The notes below the pieces were generated by a model. The model did no database searches and was not told the DNA's origin. It worked only from the letters and a program-made list of their open reading frames with translations. Source: an uncultured Bacilli bacterium (GTDB taxonomy: Bacteria > Bacillota_I > Bacilli_A > RF39 > UBA660). Taken from it: a DNA stretch of 13,494 bases. The position numbers and the translations under genes are program-made. The DNA lies in the NCBI GenBank assembly GCA_947589195.1, contig CANPZX010000034.1:1-13494 (forward strand), given 5' to 3'. Positions 1-7,683 of this stretch are shown one piece after another (within the stretch, counting starts at the first letter, position 1; every line of letters starts with the position of its first letter).

Positions 1-92
1 GCGTCCGCAAAAGCTCTTTGATAATTTGCTTCATGAGAGAAGTCAAGAAAATTTTGAGATAATTCTTTAGTTAGTTCAATAGTATTATTCAT
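1..92 (-). CDS. 5' end of a further gene (MNNTIELTKELSQNFLDFSHEANYQRAFADA...). It continues beyond the window start. It may be the partner (A) subunit of topoisomerase II by synteny, but that is unproven.
   Basis: ATG at 92..90 is preceded by AAAGGAG at a 7-nt spacing. It overlaps the TAA of the upstream topoisomerase gene. The frame is open to the window edge. Confidence 0.5.
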   Translation of the reverse strand, partial: MNNTIELTKELSQNFLDFSHEANYQRAFAD

Positions 93-103
93 TTTGTTCT
101 CCT

Positions 104-2005
104 TTAATCTGACTCGTTTGCTTCGCTTTCATGTTGCAATAAAAATGCTCTTCTTGGCGGCACGGATGTGCCAAGTAACATTTCTATCATCTGCTTTGCT
201 TCATTCTCATCACTAACCACGATCTGTGCAATATTTCTTGTCTCCTCATTCACCAGTGCATCAGCTAACTCGCTGCTATCTTGCTCGCCTAATCCTTTAT
301 TTCTGGATATCAAGAACTTCTCTCCTTGATGTCGAGCTTTATATTCGTTAAGCGCACTTTCATCTTTTAAAAAGATATATTCATTCTTATTAGTTGTAAT
401 TCTAAATAATGGCGGCATTGTGGTATATATGTGTCCATTTAATATCAATTCTGGACATAACCACCAAAACATCTCAATTAAAAGATTGCGGATACTTGCC
501 CCATCTGGATCGGCATCTGCGCAGAGCAATATCTTGCCATATCGCAATTTCTTCTCATCATAAATCAACTTACTTGTTTTACTATCTAAGTCAAGACCTA
601 TTGCTTTAATAAGATTAATAACTTCCTGATTAGCAAAAATCTTCTCAGGAGTATTCTTATATGCAGCAATTATTTTTCCTCTAATGGGGAAGATAGCATT
701 GATTTCTGCATCACGACACTCGATTAATCCGCTTGCGGCGGAGTCACCTTCTGCGATCATGAGCTCGCATTTTGTCCTATCCTTGCCCCAGCAATCAACA
801 AGCTTAGTTGGAAGATTCAGTAACTTCTGTTTCTTTGCTTCTTTTGGCTTTCTAACTGCCTCTCTCGCCTTTTTAGCAGCGTCTCGCGCTTTCCGCGCGT
901 TAAGAGCTTTATCAGCTATTAATTTAATTTCTTTTTCGTTATTGTTTAACCAAATCTGAAGATTTTCTGTTAATGCTTGAATAAAAGGTTTAGTATCAAT
1001 TTTAGTAATTCTGCTTTTAACCTGTGCATCATATGATACATTTGGTGCAGTTATATTAAATACAAGATACATACCCTCTTGTATGTCATCACCTGTTAAA
1101 TTTTCATCTTTATCTTTTAACCACTTTTTATCTCTAAAAAATTTATTAAACTCTCTAGTTAAAGTGGTTTTAATTTGCGTAATATGCGGGCCAGATTCAG
1201 TTAATCCTGTATTGACATATGGAACAAGAGTAGATGAATAATTGGATGTATATGTCATAACCATATCCATCTTATTTTTTCCATCAATAAAATTCATATT
1301 AAATCTATTATTAATAATTTCTTTTTCTGAAACTGCATCATCAACTAAATCATTTAATCCTTTTGTTGAATAATAACTAATTTTTTCTCCATTATTATCA
1401 AGATTAATTGTAAGTCCTGGACATAGACATGAAATAGTTTTAAATAAATCTTTAACTTTATTTATTTCTACTTCTGTATGAGTAAAAAATTCCTCAGAAG
1501 GTTGCCAAAATACTGTAGTCCCATGAATATTTTGCTTAGTTTCTCCAGTACGTCTTTCTTTAAAGACTCCTTCGTTGAAATATACTATCTCATATTGGCC
1601 ATCTCTAGACGTAGATACTGTCAACCAATGACTTAGATATGTAGTAATTTTGGACCCGATACCAAAACTTCCAAGCGAGGTCCCCTCATATGTACCATCT
1701 TCTCTGTATTTACCAGAAGTATTTAACACACTAAATGCCGCTTCAAGAATTGTTTTACCATCATCTCTAAATGAATTAGGAATAAAACCTTGACCATAGT
1801 CCGCTACTTTTACAATATCTTTATTTATTATTACATCAATTTGATTACCAAATCCATTCCTAAATTCATCAATAGAGTTAGATACTATTTCTACTAATAA
1901 TTGAGTAGCATAAGTTGTATCTCCACAATAGACCCCAGGACGTAATCTAGTAAATTCAAGAGGTGATAATGATTCTATAGAATCTTCACTATATAATTTT
2001 CCCAT
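104..2005 (-). CDS. Type IIA DNA topoisomerase ATPase/Toprim subunit (GyrB/ParE/T4 gp39-like), 633 aa
   Basis: GHKL ATPase N-terminus (RPGVYCGDT...EIVSNSIDE). Toprim motifs EGDSA (MIAEGDSAASG), PIRGKI and CADADPDGASI are present. SD AAAAGGAG lies upstream of the ATG at 2005. The stop is TAA. Confidence 0.9.
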   Translation of the reverse strand: MGKLYSEDSIESLSPLEFTRLRPGVYCGDTTYATQLLVEIVSNSIDEFRNGFGNQIDVIINKDIVKVADYGQGFIPNSFRDDGKTILEAAFSVLNTSGKYREDGTYEGTSLGSFGIGSKITTYLSHWLTVSTSRDGQYEIVYFNEGVFKERRTGETKQNIHGTTVFWQPSEEFFTHTEVEINKVKDLFKTISCLCPGLTINLDNNGEKISYYSTKGLNDLVDDAVSEKEIINNRFNMNFIDGKNKMDMVMTYTSNYSSTLVPYVNTGLTESGPHITQIKTTLTREFNKFFRDKKWLKDKDENLTGDDIQEGMYLVFNITAPNVSYDAQVKSRITKIDTKPFIQALTENLQIWLNNNEKEIKLIADKALNARKARDAAKKAREAVRKPKEAKKQKLLNLPTKLVDCWGKDRTKCELMIAEGDSAASGLIECRDAEINAIFPIRGKIIAAYKNTPEKIFANQEVINLIKAIGLDLDSKTSKLIYDEKKLRYGKILLCADADPDGASIRNLLIEMFWWLCPELILNGHIYTTMPPLFRITTNKNEYIFLKDESALNEYKARHQGEKFLISRNKGLGEQDSSELADALVNEETRNIAQIVVSDENEAKQMIEMLLGTSVPPRRAFLLQHESEANESD

Positions 2006-2034
2006 TGCTGTCTCCTTTTATTTTTTCTATAATT

Positions 2035-2063
2035 ATTATAGCATATTTTAATAAGAAAATCAA
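2035..2063 (-). promoter_or_regulatory. sigma-A-type promoter TTGATT-N17-TATAAT (-35 at 2063..2058, -10 at 2040..2035) for the topoisomerase gene
   Basis: Exact hexamers with a 17-nt spacer read on the minus strand. The -10 lies 30 nt upstream of the ATG. The same motif recurs at three other gene starts. Confidence 0.45.
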
Positions 2064-2077
2064 AATTTTTATTATTA

Positions 2078-2557
2078 TTAAGATATTATTTCATGTTTTA
2101 TTTTTTCTATTTTTATTATATCTGATCGTGCAAGAGCGTCAGCTAGTTCATTCCCTAAGATACCACAATGAGATTTACAATAAACTACTTGACAATTAAA
2201 AAAATCTATGTTAATATATTTATATAAGTCCTTTACTAAATCAAGATTTTCAATTATTTGTTTTTTGCTATTAATCCAATTATTACGTGCCCATTTATAT
2301 ATCCAATCATTACATATATTAACTACATATAAAGAATCTGAATAAATAATACATTCTTCATTTTTATATTTAGTTTGCGCTAATTCAAAAGCTTTAAGAA
2401 CTGCTTTTATTTCTTCGCGGTTATTGGTTGTATTAAAAGAACTTTCATTATATGTTTCTAATAAGATCCCGTTTTGCATTATTGCTAAACCCCAACCGCC
2501 ACGATTATTGAGAGAACCATTGGCTTTTGTACTACCATCTGTATATATTTCAATCAT
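2078..2557 (-). CDS. rnhA: Ribonuclease HI (RNase H), about 159 aa from the second Met
   Basis: MIEIYTDGS...GGWG...NNREE...SDSLYV...CKSHCGILGNELADALA matches the RNase H catalytic signature. AAAGGAG lies 7 nt before the ATG at 2557. The annotated upstream Met at 2584 lacks an RBS. Confidence 0.85.
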   Translation of the reverse strand: MIEIYTDGSTKANGSLNNRGGWGLAIMQNGILLETYNESSFNTTNNREEIKAVLKAFELAQTKYKNEECIIYSDSLYVVNICNDWIYKWARNNWINSKKQIIENLDLVKDLYKYINIDFFNCQVVYCKSHCGILGNELADALARSDIIKIEKIKHEIIS

Positions 2558-2606
2558 TTTTACTCCTTTGTTATAGTTAAACAATGTTCTTTTCTATTTT
2601 AACTAT

Positions 2607-2635
2607 ATTATATAATAATTTTTGAAGAAAATCAA
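2607..2635 (-). promoter_or_regulatory. sigma-A-type promoter TTGATT-N17-TATAAT (-35 at 2635..2630, -10 at 2612..2607) for the RNase H gene
   Basis: Exact consensus with a 17-nt spacer, 50 nt upstream of the RNase H ATG and just downstream of the terminator at 2672..2700. Confidence 0.45.
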
Positions 2636-2671
2636 ACCATCTATCTTATTTTTTGTTAAAATTAAAAAAAA

Positions 2672-2700
2672 TAAGTGAGTAGCAAAATGCTACTCACTTA
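2672..2700 (-). terminator. Rho-independent, bidirectional terminator after the endolysin gene
   Basis: Perfect 12-bp inverted repeat taagtgagtagc / gctactcactta with a 5-nt loop. It is flanked by an A9 run and a T-run, so it works in either orientation. Confidence 0.7.
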
Positions 2701-2703
2701 TCA

Positions 2704-4128
2704 TTAAATTTTTTTTGTATATTTTAGAGAAATCCATCCAACATTAGATTTTAATTTTCCAAAACCATTTTTTTCTTTAGTAATTGTATAAATACCTTTA
2801 TCTTTAATAGTTCCAACAACCGCGTAATCTGTTCCTGCTCCTTCTCTAATATTGAGTGTATCAGCTGTAATTTTAACTTGATATGGTAATTCAGAAACTT
2901 TTTGAGTTTTCTTATTAGTGTAAACAGCTTTTCCTTTTTCATCAAACACTGAATATCCAATAGGACAATTATCTTTTGCATTTTCTAATAACTCATATGC
3001 GCCTAATTGAGATTCTTCATTCTTCCATGTTTTTCTTACTCTATAATAATAAATTTTTGTAGGAGTTTGCGCGTTGCCGCCTAATCTTGCAGTTACTTTA
3101 GATGCTAAATCACCTTCTCTTGCATACATCCAATCACCTGGACATTCTTTCGCGGCAAACCAACGATGCGCGGTTAATACAGCTTCTCCATCTTTTGGTG
3201 TGTAAGAAAGAGTTTTTTCTTTAGAACCTAACCATAATAATTTTTTAATACCATTTCGCTGGCAAATATCTACACATAAATCAATTAATTTATTATAAAC
3301 TGTATTAGTAAAAGCATAAGGCGTTGTTTTATCACTTGCGCACTCAATAGTAACAGCTCTTTGATCATTTGAATTAGATGATGTACACCAGCTTCTATTA
3401 GATTCATCTACGCAAAGAACGACTTTACCATCTTTTCCGATTCCATAATTACAACTAGCTTGAGCAGCAGAAGAAGTAAAACAAGAACCGATAGTTTTTG
3501 CATCTATTTGACCAACTACACAATGAGGTGTAATAGTATCAATTTTATGAGTTCTTTTTCCTGAATGGTTAGGACTTTTAACAACAACTGTTGCTAAAGG
3601 ACTGTTTGTATATCCCATAGGTTTTTTTACCTCCTCATCATATTGAGTTAAATTCCATCGTTCAATTAAACTACATATTTTATCAACGTACTTACTATCT
3701 GTTGCATAACCACCATTTTTAATAATTTGGATAGCTTTACGATAATCTTTACAACCAACTAAACCTTCATAGCGGAGTTTGCTTCCATTCGTAGCTTGAG
3801 TTAAATATAAAGAATGATCTTCAATACTCAGATCAATAGAAGGATACTTTCGGAATTCCGCAGTTATAGTAACTATATTTCCAACAACATATTCCTCTTG
3901 AGTTTTCTTTTTATAAATTGATTTACCGTCCCATACAGTTTTCCATTTATTACCAGATAATTCTTTTTTCATACCAAAAAAATTATTAGCATTTTTAGCT
4001 AATTCAGTAGAACCATATCCAGATTCTAAACATGCTTGCGCGGCTGTTATTGATGCTAATATCCCATGTTTTTGATAGTCTAATTTAGCTTTTGGCCCTA
4101 TATACTCTACAAATTCTTTCTCTGTCAT
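2704..4128 (-). CDS. Modular endolysin with an N-terminal glucosaminidase (FlgJ/Lyz2-type), a central N-acetylmuramoyl-L-alanine amidase (Amidase_2/PGRP-type) and a C-terminal SH3b cell-wall-binding domain, 474 aa
   Basis: QACLESGYGSTELAKNANNFFGMK and GGYATDSKYVDKI are glucosaminidase-like. NYGIGKDGKVV...RSW...NDQRAVTIECA...HRWFAAKECPG is Amidase_2-like. The C-terminus is SH3_3-like. The gene sits 2 nt downstream of the putative holin. Confidence 0.85.
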   Translation of the reverse strand: MTEKEFVEYIGPKAKLDYQKHGILASITAAQACLESGYGSTELAKNANNFFGMKKELSGNKWKTVWDGKSIYKKKTQEEYVVGNIVTITAEFRKYPSIDLSIEDHSLYLTQATNGSKLRYEGLVGCKDYRKAIQIIKNGGYATDSKYVDKICSLIERWNLTQYDEEVKKPMGYTNSPLATVVVKSPNHSGKRTHKIDTITPHCVVGQIDAKTIGSCFTSSAAQASCNYGIGKDGKVVLCVDESNRSWCTSSNSNDQRAVTIECASDKTTPYAFTNTVYNKLIDLCVDICQRNGIKKLLWLGSKEKTLSYTPKDGEAVLTAHRWFAAKECPGDWMYAREGDLASKVTARLGGNAQTPTKIYYYRVRKTWKNEESQLGAYELLENAKDNCPIGYSVFDEKGKAVYTNKKTQKVSELPYQVKITADTLNIREGAGTDYAVVGTIKDKGIYTITKEKNGFGKLKSNVGWISLKYTKKI

Positions 4129-4130
4129 AA

Positions 4131-4481
4131 TTAGTTGTCTCCATTTATATAATCATTAATATTTTTATTATCTTCTAGCATTTCTTTAAATTCATCTAAA
4201 GCTTCATCTACTAATTTACTAAACATCTCAAAAGAAATTACTTTAGAAAGATAACTAAATTTAGTAATAAACATATCATATACATAGCGAAGCTTCATTT
4301 GCCCAGTTCCGCCGCCGAGTTCTTTTTCTGCTTTTGCTACCGCATATAATAACCATTCTCTTACTTTTTTAAACTGTTCTCCACTTGGCATTTTTATAAA
4401 ATTATAAATCATATAACCACCAACAGAAATAAGAGCAATTATAATTAAAAATATATACCAATAATTAATAATAAAATCCAT
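4131..4481 (-). CDS. Putative holin with a single N-terminal TM helix and a charged C-terminus, 116 aa
   Basis: TM segment YIFLIIIALISVGGYMIY, then a hydrophilic tail. It lies immediately upstream of the endolysin. AAAGGAGG is 7 nt from the ATG. Confidence 0.55.
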   Translation of the reverse strand: MDFIINYWYIFLIIIALISVGGYMIYNFIKMPSGEQFKKVREWLLYAVAKAEKELGGGTGQMKLRYVYDMFITKFSYLSKVISFEMFSKLVDEALDEFKEMLEDNKNINDYINGDN

Positions 4482-4657
4482 ATGATTTCCTCCTTTAATT
4501 GTTAAAATGGATTTAAAAATTTCTAAAACCCAATTTTATTTTAAAATACGAGTGCTTGCCGCGCGATAACTAAATAGACTATTAAGCTAGTTATTATTAT
4601 AATTAATATAAAAATATTATCTATAAAATTATAAAATTTTACCCTATAATTAAAAAA

Positions 4658-4691
4658 AATCCTACTCTATAAATAGAGTAGGATTTTTTTT
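4658..4691 (-). terminator. Rho-independent, bidirectional terminator
   Basis: Perfect 13-bp inverted repeat aatcctactctat / atagagtaggatt with a 3-nt loop, followed by T7 and preceded by A8. Confidence 0.7.
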
Positions 4692-4693
4692 AA

Positions 4694-4966
4694 TTATTCT
4701 TTATTATTAATTTTAGTTTTCAAAATATCAGGATTTATTCCTGGCCTAAAAAAGTACCCAATAAGATTTAATGTTCCGCATATTAATGGAATATTGTCAA
4801 TGGTAATACTTATACCTATTAACTTTAAACCTGAAATAAAAATTGTTCCAAAAATAATTTTAATAAGCCATCCAATTAACCATCCTTCGGCAAAGGCTAT
4901 AAACGGCGAAATGAAAATTAAAGCAATACATCCTAAAATTAAAATAATAAATGCTATTATTTCCAT
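4694..4966 (-). CDS. Small polytopic membrane protein of about 3 TM helices, 90 aa. Function unknown; a holin- or antiholin-like or exclusion role is possible.
   Basis: Almost entirely hydrophobic (IILILGCIALIFISPFIAF..., LIGWLIKIIFGTIFISGL) with a short charged C-terminus. The ATG lies 2 nt after the stop of the upstream gene. Confidence 0.5.
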   Translation of the reverse strand: MEIIAFIILILGCIALIFISPFIAFAEGWLIGWLIKIIFGTIFISGLKLIGISITIDNIPLICGTLNLIGYFFRPGINPDILKTKINNKE

Positions 4967-4968
4967 TG

Positions 4969-5418
4969 TTAATTATTCTCCTTTTTATTTTTGATTTCTA
5001 ATAAAATATCTTCAAGATTTACTGGGGTGCAATTATGTGCATCCATATTAACATTGTAAGTATGATAAATATCACTCCATTTATTTTTAGAATGGGTATG
5101 TCCATGAATTGAATAAATTGGTTTATCGTCTCCTGAATTTGCAACTAATTGAGGATAATGAGATAATATAAAAACTTTCTTACCAGGAACTTTAATACGA
5201 TAGCCAAATTGTATCTCAGCTATGTTCCAACAATTTTTATACATAGCAATGCGAGCATCGCTATCATGGTTTCCTATTGCAATATATATATTTCCTTTAA
5301 GTTGTTTTAATAGTTTTAATCCATTTTCATTATTTCCAAGCATTACGTCTCCAAGATGATATACTATATCATCGGATTTAACAACTTTATTCCAATTTTC
5401 AATGATAGCTTCATTCAT
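4969..5418 (-). CDS. Calcineurin-like metallophosphoesterase. This is the part downstream of the in-frame TAG and lacks metal-binding motif I.
   Basis: Motifs GDVMLG (II), GNHDSD (III) and GHTHS (V) are present. The missing motif I (IWLTSDTHF) is encoded in-frame just upstream at 5523..5479 and is separated by a TAG at 5478..5476. The complete unit would be 5523..4969. Confidence 0.55.
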   Translation of the reverse strand: MNEAIIENWNKVVKSDDIVYHLGDVMLGNNENGLKLLKQLKGNIYIAIGNHDSDARIAMYKNCWNIAEIQFGYRIKVPGKKVFILSHYPQLVANSGDDKPIYSIHGHTHSKNKWSDIYHTYNVNMDAHNCTPVNLEDILLEIKNKKENN

Positions 5419-5475
5419 TTCATGGATATTAGCAAAACCGCGGGCTTTCCAAATAAAATCTTTATCATGGCAAAA

Positions 5476-5532
5476 CTAGAAATGGGTATCACTAGTTAGC
5501 CAAATATTCGTTCCGATACCCATATTGTTCAT
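5476..5532 (-). other. Detached N-terminal segment of the phosphoesterase (M-N-N-MGIGTNIWLTSDTHF-TAG). It is in frame with 4969..5418 and starts in overlap with the HEG stop (TGATG).
   Basis: AAGGAG lies upstream. It encodes the DxH metal-binding motif I. The TAG at 5478..5476 terminates it, and the reading frame then continues as FCHDKDFIWKARGFANIHEMNEAII, which looks like a conserved phosphoesterase. Confidence 0.5.
5486..5507. repeat. Direct repeat copy B (gtatcactagttagccaaatat). It matches 6545..6566 at 21 of 22 positions.
   Basis: The 17-mer gtatcactagttagcca is identical on both sides of the homing endonuclease gene. Both copies encode IWLTSD on the minus strand. Confidence 0.8.
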
Positions 5533-6467
5533 CACTCCTTTCGTGGAGTAGTTAAAGCTGTAACTACATCCATTCCTTTTTTAATACGTTGATAGTAACT
5601 ATTTGTTGATATATTATATATTTTACACCAGTCTTTTATTGTATGCCGCTCTCCATTAATTAATGGATTTGTATGATTGTATTCTTTTATTTTTTGTTCT
5701 ATATCAACTTCATTAGGAATAATATTATTATTTTTATCTAAAGCTCTAAAAATATATCCTTTAACTATAGAATATCTTTGATTCCCATTAATACAAGAAG
5801 AAAGATTTTTTCTATTAGCTGGTAATAATTCAGCAGCTTCTGAAATTGAATTAAAAATAATAAAATCATTAGGGTTATCTATTTTAATTCCTATAATTTT
5901 TTTACGACCTTTTATTGGTTTTATTTCTTGATGAATTACTTGATTGTTTTCATCAATATCTCTAAAAATCATACCATTAAAAGAAGATTGCTCTCCTTTA
6001 CATACTAATCTAATTTTTGAAGCATTATTGCTATATCCATTTAAGCGAGATGCTTCTTGATATGATTTATAAATTTCAATAATTTCTTCGTTATAATTTA
6101 CCTTAGCACATTTTTGGCTACGTTTTTGTATAGATTTTTCTCGTAAAATAGGATCAGATAAAGCGTTATGAGTACAATCAGTTTGATTATATCCATAAAG
6201 GTTATTATTACTTTTATATTTTATAATCATACTATGTTCATATTCTTCACACTCATATCTATTATTGAAACCTTCTTTAAGTATTTCAAATTTAAAATTT
6301 TGTTCTCCATATTTTCTAAATGCTTGTTGCAATGGATAGTTATAAGAATTACTATTGGGCCTACGCGAATTATCTTTATGTTCATTCCACCTTTGATAAA
6401 CATTATTAGAAGATCCAATATAACATTTATTATTTACTAAGTTTGTAATTTTATATACAGTGAACAT
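5532..6467 (-). mobile_element. Free-standing GIY-YIG homing endonuclease gene (I-TevI/Seg-like), 311 aa
   Basis: MFTVYKITN...KCYIGSS...YQRWNEH...EEYEH...YGYN are the GIY, YIG, R, E and N motifs. The C-terminus is a basic DNA-binding region with an HTH-like end (WCKIYNISTNSYYQRIKKG). AAAGGAGG lies 6 nt before the ATG at 6467. The annotated 5' extension to 6551 starts with GTG and has no RBS. Confidence 0.85.
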
Positions 6468-6540
6468 AAATACCTCCTTTATTTTATATTGTATATAAAA
6501 ATTACATGTAATCTTTTTATTACTTCTGACCAACATTTTT

Positions 6541-6573
6541 TTATGTATCACTAGTTAGCCATATATTTGACAT
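6541..6573 (-). other. 10-codon remnant ORF (MSNIWLTSDT-TAA). It is the original 5' end of the phosphoesterase gene, cut off by the HEG insertion.
   Basis: AAGGAG is 8 nt upstream. It duplicates the IWLTSDT segment found at 5510..5488. It lies in the direct repeat copy A at 6545..6566. Confidence 0.5.
6545..6566. repeat. Direct repeat copy A (gtatcactagttagccatatat)
   Basis: See copy B above; the repeats flank the HEG. Confidence 0.8.
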
Positions 6574-6575
6574 AT

Positions 6576-6746
6576 TTAATTCTCCTTAGTGTTTATTGTT
6601 ATTTTAAATAATTTTATTACATTTAAAGAATCAGCAATAGTACAAATAGAACATTGTTCATTATGTTTATCCCACCAACCGCAATATTGGTATTTACATA
6701 CTTCAGTCTTAGTCCTATCATTAACTAATGGACAAAACAAAAGCAT
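6576..6746 (-). CDS. Small Cys-rich protein (MLLFCPLVNDRTKTEVCKYQYCGWWDKHNEQCSICTIADSL...), likely a zinc-ribbon, 56 aa. It is not in the ORF track.
   Basis: AAAGGAG is 8 nt before the ATG at 6746. It carries C-x11-C-x4-C-x9-C-x2-C cysteines. It fills the gap between the kinase gene and the HEG, and its stop overlaps the RBS of the remnant ORF. Confidence 0.45.
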   Translation of the reverse strand: MLLFCPLVNDRTKTEVCKYQYCGWWDKHNEQCSICTIADSLNVIKLFKITINTKEN

Positions 6747-6747
6747 A

Positions 6748-7251
6748 TTAATTCTCCTTTAAATCAATTATCTGCATTTCTTCATTGGGTTTTATAATAT
6801 AAACTTTATCTATACCCTCATCAAAAGTAGGAGCTTGTAAGCTTTTCGCCATGCGGCATATCTGGCTTACTGGCACATATGTTCGAGTTCCCGCGCGGTT
6901 TTCATTGCGCTTAATACATTCATCTAGCGGAGTTTGTAACCAAATAACGGATATTTCCTGTGGTTTAACCGTAAGATTCTTTAATAACTTAGCTCTTGAT
7001 TTTTTATTTAAATGAGTGGCATCCGCGAAAACATCATAACCATCCGCTAAATGAAAATCAATTTGTTCGATAAATTTTTTAAATACTTCATTTTCTTTTG
7101 AAAAGTAAGGCTCATTTTCTTTAACTATATCAAATCTTATCATATCTCTTGAAATCCAAGCTTGAGTAAAACCACTTTTTATATGATTGCTTACGAATGA
7201 TGATTTACCTGCTCCTGGTATTCCCATTAAAATAAATAATTTACCTGCCAT
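6748..7251 (-). CDS. P-loop polynucleotide kinase, similar to the T4 Pnk kinase domain and AAA_33 family, 167 aa
   Basis: Walker A GIPGAGKSS. ADATHLNKKSR resembles SDTNLNPERR of T4 Pnk. KRNENRAGTRTYVPVSQI resembles KRNSKRGTKAVPIDVL of T4 Pnk. These T4 sequences are recalled from memory. Confidence 0.7.
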   Translation of the reverse strand: MAGKLFILMGIPGAGKSSFVSNHIKSGFTQAWISRDMIRFDIVKENEPYFSKENEVFKKFIEQIDFHLADGYDVFADATHLNKKSRAKLLKNLTVKPQEISVIWLQTPLDECIKRNENRAGTRTYVPVSQICRMAKSLQAPTFDEGIDKVYIIKPNEEMQIIDLKEN

Positions 7252-7261
7252 ATTATTATCC

Positions 7262-7633
7262 TCAATTCAATAAATGTTTTGTAGAATTATCAATCCTATG
7301 TGGACAGTGATAACTATAATTTGAATTCCAACATTTCCCATTTTTATTATAATCACATGTTACTTTAGAACATTTCATTAATTCTGCAACTGGAACTCTT
7401 TCTCCATTTATGAATCTACCTAAGTCGTATTCTTCTTTAAAATCTTCATAAGTATAGCCCCCAAAAGGTTTTATTTCAACATGATTAACTTCTTCTCCGC
7501 AATTCAAACAAAAAAGTTTTTTTAAATGGCCAGGTTCTTTTTGTTTTCCTGGCTTCCGCATAATAGGAATACCCCGTTTAGCACATTTAGTGCAATAAAA
7601 TTCACTTACAGTACAATTCATATTTTTTGCCAT
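7262..7633 (-). CDS. Cys-rich zinc-ribbon protein of unknown function, 123 aa
   Basis: CTKC...CLNC near the N-terminus and further Cys/His pairs near the C-terminus. AAAGGAGG is 8 nt before the ATG. Confidence 0.55.
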   Translation of the reverse strand: MAKNMNCTVSEFYCTKCAKRGIPIMRKPGKQKEPGHLKKLFCLNCGEEVNHVEIKPFGGYTYEDFKEEYDLGRFINGERVPVAELMKCSKVTCDYNKNGKCWNSNYSYHCPHRIDNSTKHLLN

Positions 7634-7683
7634 AAATATACCTCCTTTTATTATTTATATTATATAATAATTTTTTAATAAAA

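Noticed and set aside
2584-2584. Annotated Met start of the RNase H ORF at 2584 (MFNYNKGVK...)
   Set aside because: There is no RBS. The ATG at 2557 has AAAGGAG at 7 nt and begins the conserved IEIYTDGS motif.
2751-2981. 76-aa minus-strand ORF inside the endolysin gene, plus similar alternative-frame ORFs at 6227..6418 and 12288..12479
   Set aside because: These are alternative frames within confidently assigned genes (endolysin SH3b region, HEG, MVP). They have no RBS, and their K/L/I-rich composition reflects the AT bias.
4482-4657. Promoter for the holin-lysin operon in the 175-nt intergenic region, including a GC-rich island (tgcttgccgcgcgataac)
   Set aside because: It has no TTGATT-N17-TATAAT match and no convincing -35/-10 pair. 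It probably holds a late promoter of unknown consensus that cannot be called from sequence alone.
6468-6551. N-terminal extension of the HEG ORF (MIHKKMLVRSNKKITCNFYIQYKIKEVF)
   Set aside because: It would start at GTG with no RBS. The GIY motif begins exactly at the internal ATG (6467), which has AAAGGAGG at a 6-nt spacing.
5419-6575. Group I (or II) intron carrying the HEG within the phosphoesterase gene
   Set aside because: Only about 105 nt upstream and about 55 nt downstream of the HEG ORF are non-coding, which is too little for a ribozyme core. No P1/IGS-like pairing is evident. Every simple exon1-exon2 junction using the duplicated motif still leaves the TAG in frame or deletes the catalytic His.
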